Shown here piece by piece: positions 62,328-64,000 of a DNA stretch of 64,000 nucleotides (positions are counted from its first letter, which is position 1; every line of letters starts with the position of its first letter). The position numbers were made by a program, and so were the translations under genes. This stretch comes from Raillietiella orientalis (Eukaryota). The stretch covers positions 744,001-808,000 of the forward strand of contig JAYWIR010000049.1 in assembly GCA_036172245.1 (NCBI GenBank), given 5' to 3'. The notes beneath the pieces are model-generated. The model saw only the letters and a program-made list of their open reading frames with translations, was not told where the DNA came from and did no database searches.

Positions 62328-64000
62328 TTAATGGCTCAGCTTTGTCTTTTTTCTTGCAATGGCATCCTCAACTGCTTTCAACTGTTTGAGTAATTCTTCT
62401 CTTCTGTTCGAACTCGATCTTTTAGCTACAGATTTTGAGAGTAAACCACTTCCTTTTGCAGAACCGCTAACAGAAGATACAGGAGAAGCAGGAACATGAC
62501 GCTTCTCCTTATTTCCCTCTATTGATTGGCTCGTAGCTATAGAACATTGGTTAGCTCTTTTAACTAACAGGTTACCTTTTCCATGAAGCTTTGGAGCATC
62601 TGAAGATTTGATTGCTTGTGCAGGTTCTTTTAGGGTAAGGCGTATCTGTTGCTTTTGCCCAGAGACCTGAAATTCGTTTTTGCAGCTTGGCATTAGAGGC
62701 CACTAATTCTGACAATTTCAGTAACCTTCAAAGGGTCAATTCCTTTGGGAGTTGGCTTGATGAAATTGCCATCACGACTACTTCCAGGTGGCAATGGTTC
62801 TTGAGTTATTTTTTTCGAAAGACCAGAAGTGGATACTGATGACAAATGAATACGTCGACTGCTTTTAGCATTGCTTGACTTTCCACTGGATGTAGAAGAG
62901 GAAGAGGAGGAAGATTCACTACTAGATCTTTTGTGATGTCTATGGGAATTGCCACTGAACTCCAATACTGAGTCAAAACATACCTGACACTTGTATGCAA
63001 CAAGGGTTGCTTTGCAAAAGTATTGGGCAATTTGCTTGTGTGCACTGCAGGAGGTGGGAAGGGACGTGTAACTGCATCCTTGTTAGTATCATTTTTCTTA
63101 GAAACCTGCGTGTTGCCTATGCCTGCTTTTTAAAACAAATTTCTTTGTATTATCCAGACCTTTATTTTTATTGTGTAAAGAATACAAGGAATCCACACGA
63201 ACACTGTCTGATGAGGGAGAGGATACAGAATTTGATTGGCTGGAATAGGAGCTTGAAGAAGAACTACTTCTGTCTGAAGAACGTGAACTAGAACGTGAAG
63301 AACTGGCACAGGATAGCAATATAGCATAAATGTTATTCTCCTTGATCTTACCCACTAGAAGAATGTGATGTATCAGATAGGCTTTTGCCTCGTCGAAGTC
63401 TATTATTATGTTTAGGAGATTTCCTCCTCATCCATGGATCAGCCCATTCATCTGCTCGACTTTTCTGCACTTGGATAACTTCATCATATCTCCAAAAAAA
63501 GTTCATTATTTAAAAGAAACATGGCTCAAATTACCTCTCCTCTTTCCAATTTGTTGGTGGAACAATTGATTCTTTAATTTTACTAGGTTTTTCTTTTACC
63601 TCATTTTCCTTCTCCAATTTATCAAAATGTTTTGAATGAATGTCTTTTTCAGAAAGTTCTTTTTTAAGGATAACACGTTCTCGATGGATTTCTCGATCAG
63701 ATTCAGCTTTTACTACGTGAATTTCGAAATTTTCGTAATTCTTGGGTTTATTTACATAGTTTCGAGCTTTTCTCCAATACTCTAACGTTTGCTTATTATA
63801 GGGGTCGAGTTCATCATCAAATCTACAAAATAATTACGTTTTCTGAGTTTCTAATCCCAAGTTACCGTAGTTCTGGATAAACAGGACTAGGTTGTCTAGC
63901 ATAGTTATAATAATCAGTTTCTTGATCAAGTTCATCCTGACCAATGCTAAGATTAAATTTCTTATCTTCAAAATCAACATCAGTTTCTTTTCTGATCATT
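62328..64000 (-). CDS. ZC3H18: ZC3H18-like zinc finger CCCH protein, 3' exons (5' part beyond the window)
   Basis: C-terminus RREELLKQLKAVEDAIARKK, GQKQQIRLTL, DEWADPW..KSP, RKETDVDFEDKKF and Ser-rich tracts. Last exon 62328-62666; internal exon boundaries were not all resolved. Confidence 0.85.

Overview
Eukaryotic genomic DNA, most likely from an arthropod, with no sign of prokaryotic content. There are four recognisable spliced genes: complexin (minus strand, coding exons 15635-15689 and 6969-7126, third exon running off the left edge at 23), a drebrin-like/Abp1 gene (plus, 47817-51126), glucose-6-phosphate isomerase (plus, 59933-62026) and the 3' part of a ZC3H18-like gene (minus, 62328 to beyond 64000). 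Most of the apparently featureless DNA from about 1 to 58 kb reads, across frameshifts and stops, as a tandem array of about 12 heavily decayed leucine-rich-repeat GPCR (LGR; RXFP/GRL101-like) relics. Their motifs recur in the expected order (LRR N-cap, LRRs, hinge, TM1-TM7). Several relics lie inside complexin introns on the same strand, and two appear to straddle complexin coding exons. Mobile DNA comprises a decayed Utopia/NeSL-type RLE retrotransposon ending in a U2-snRNA target motif, a decayed piggyBac, a TSD-flanked LINE 3' fragment just upstream of GPI, and two short TSD-flanked retroposons with a shared terminus. There is also a near-identical 656-bp inverted duplication. GC content falls steeply from left (roughly 60% by eye) to right (roughly a third). 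All relic boundaries are approximate and were read by eye; no alignment was run.
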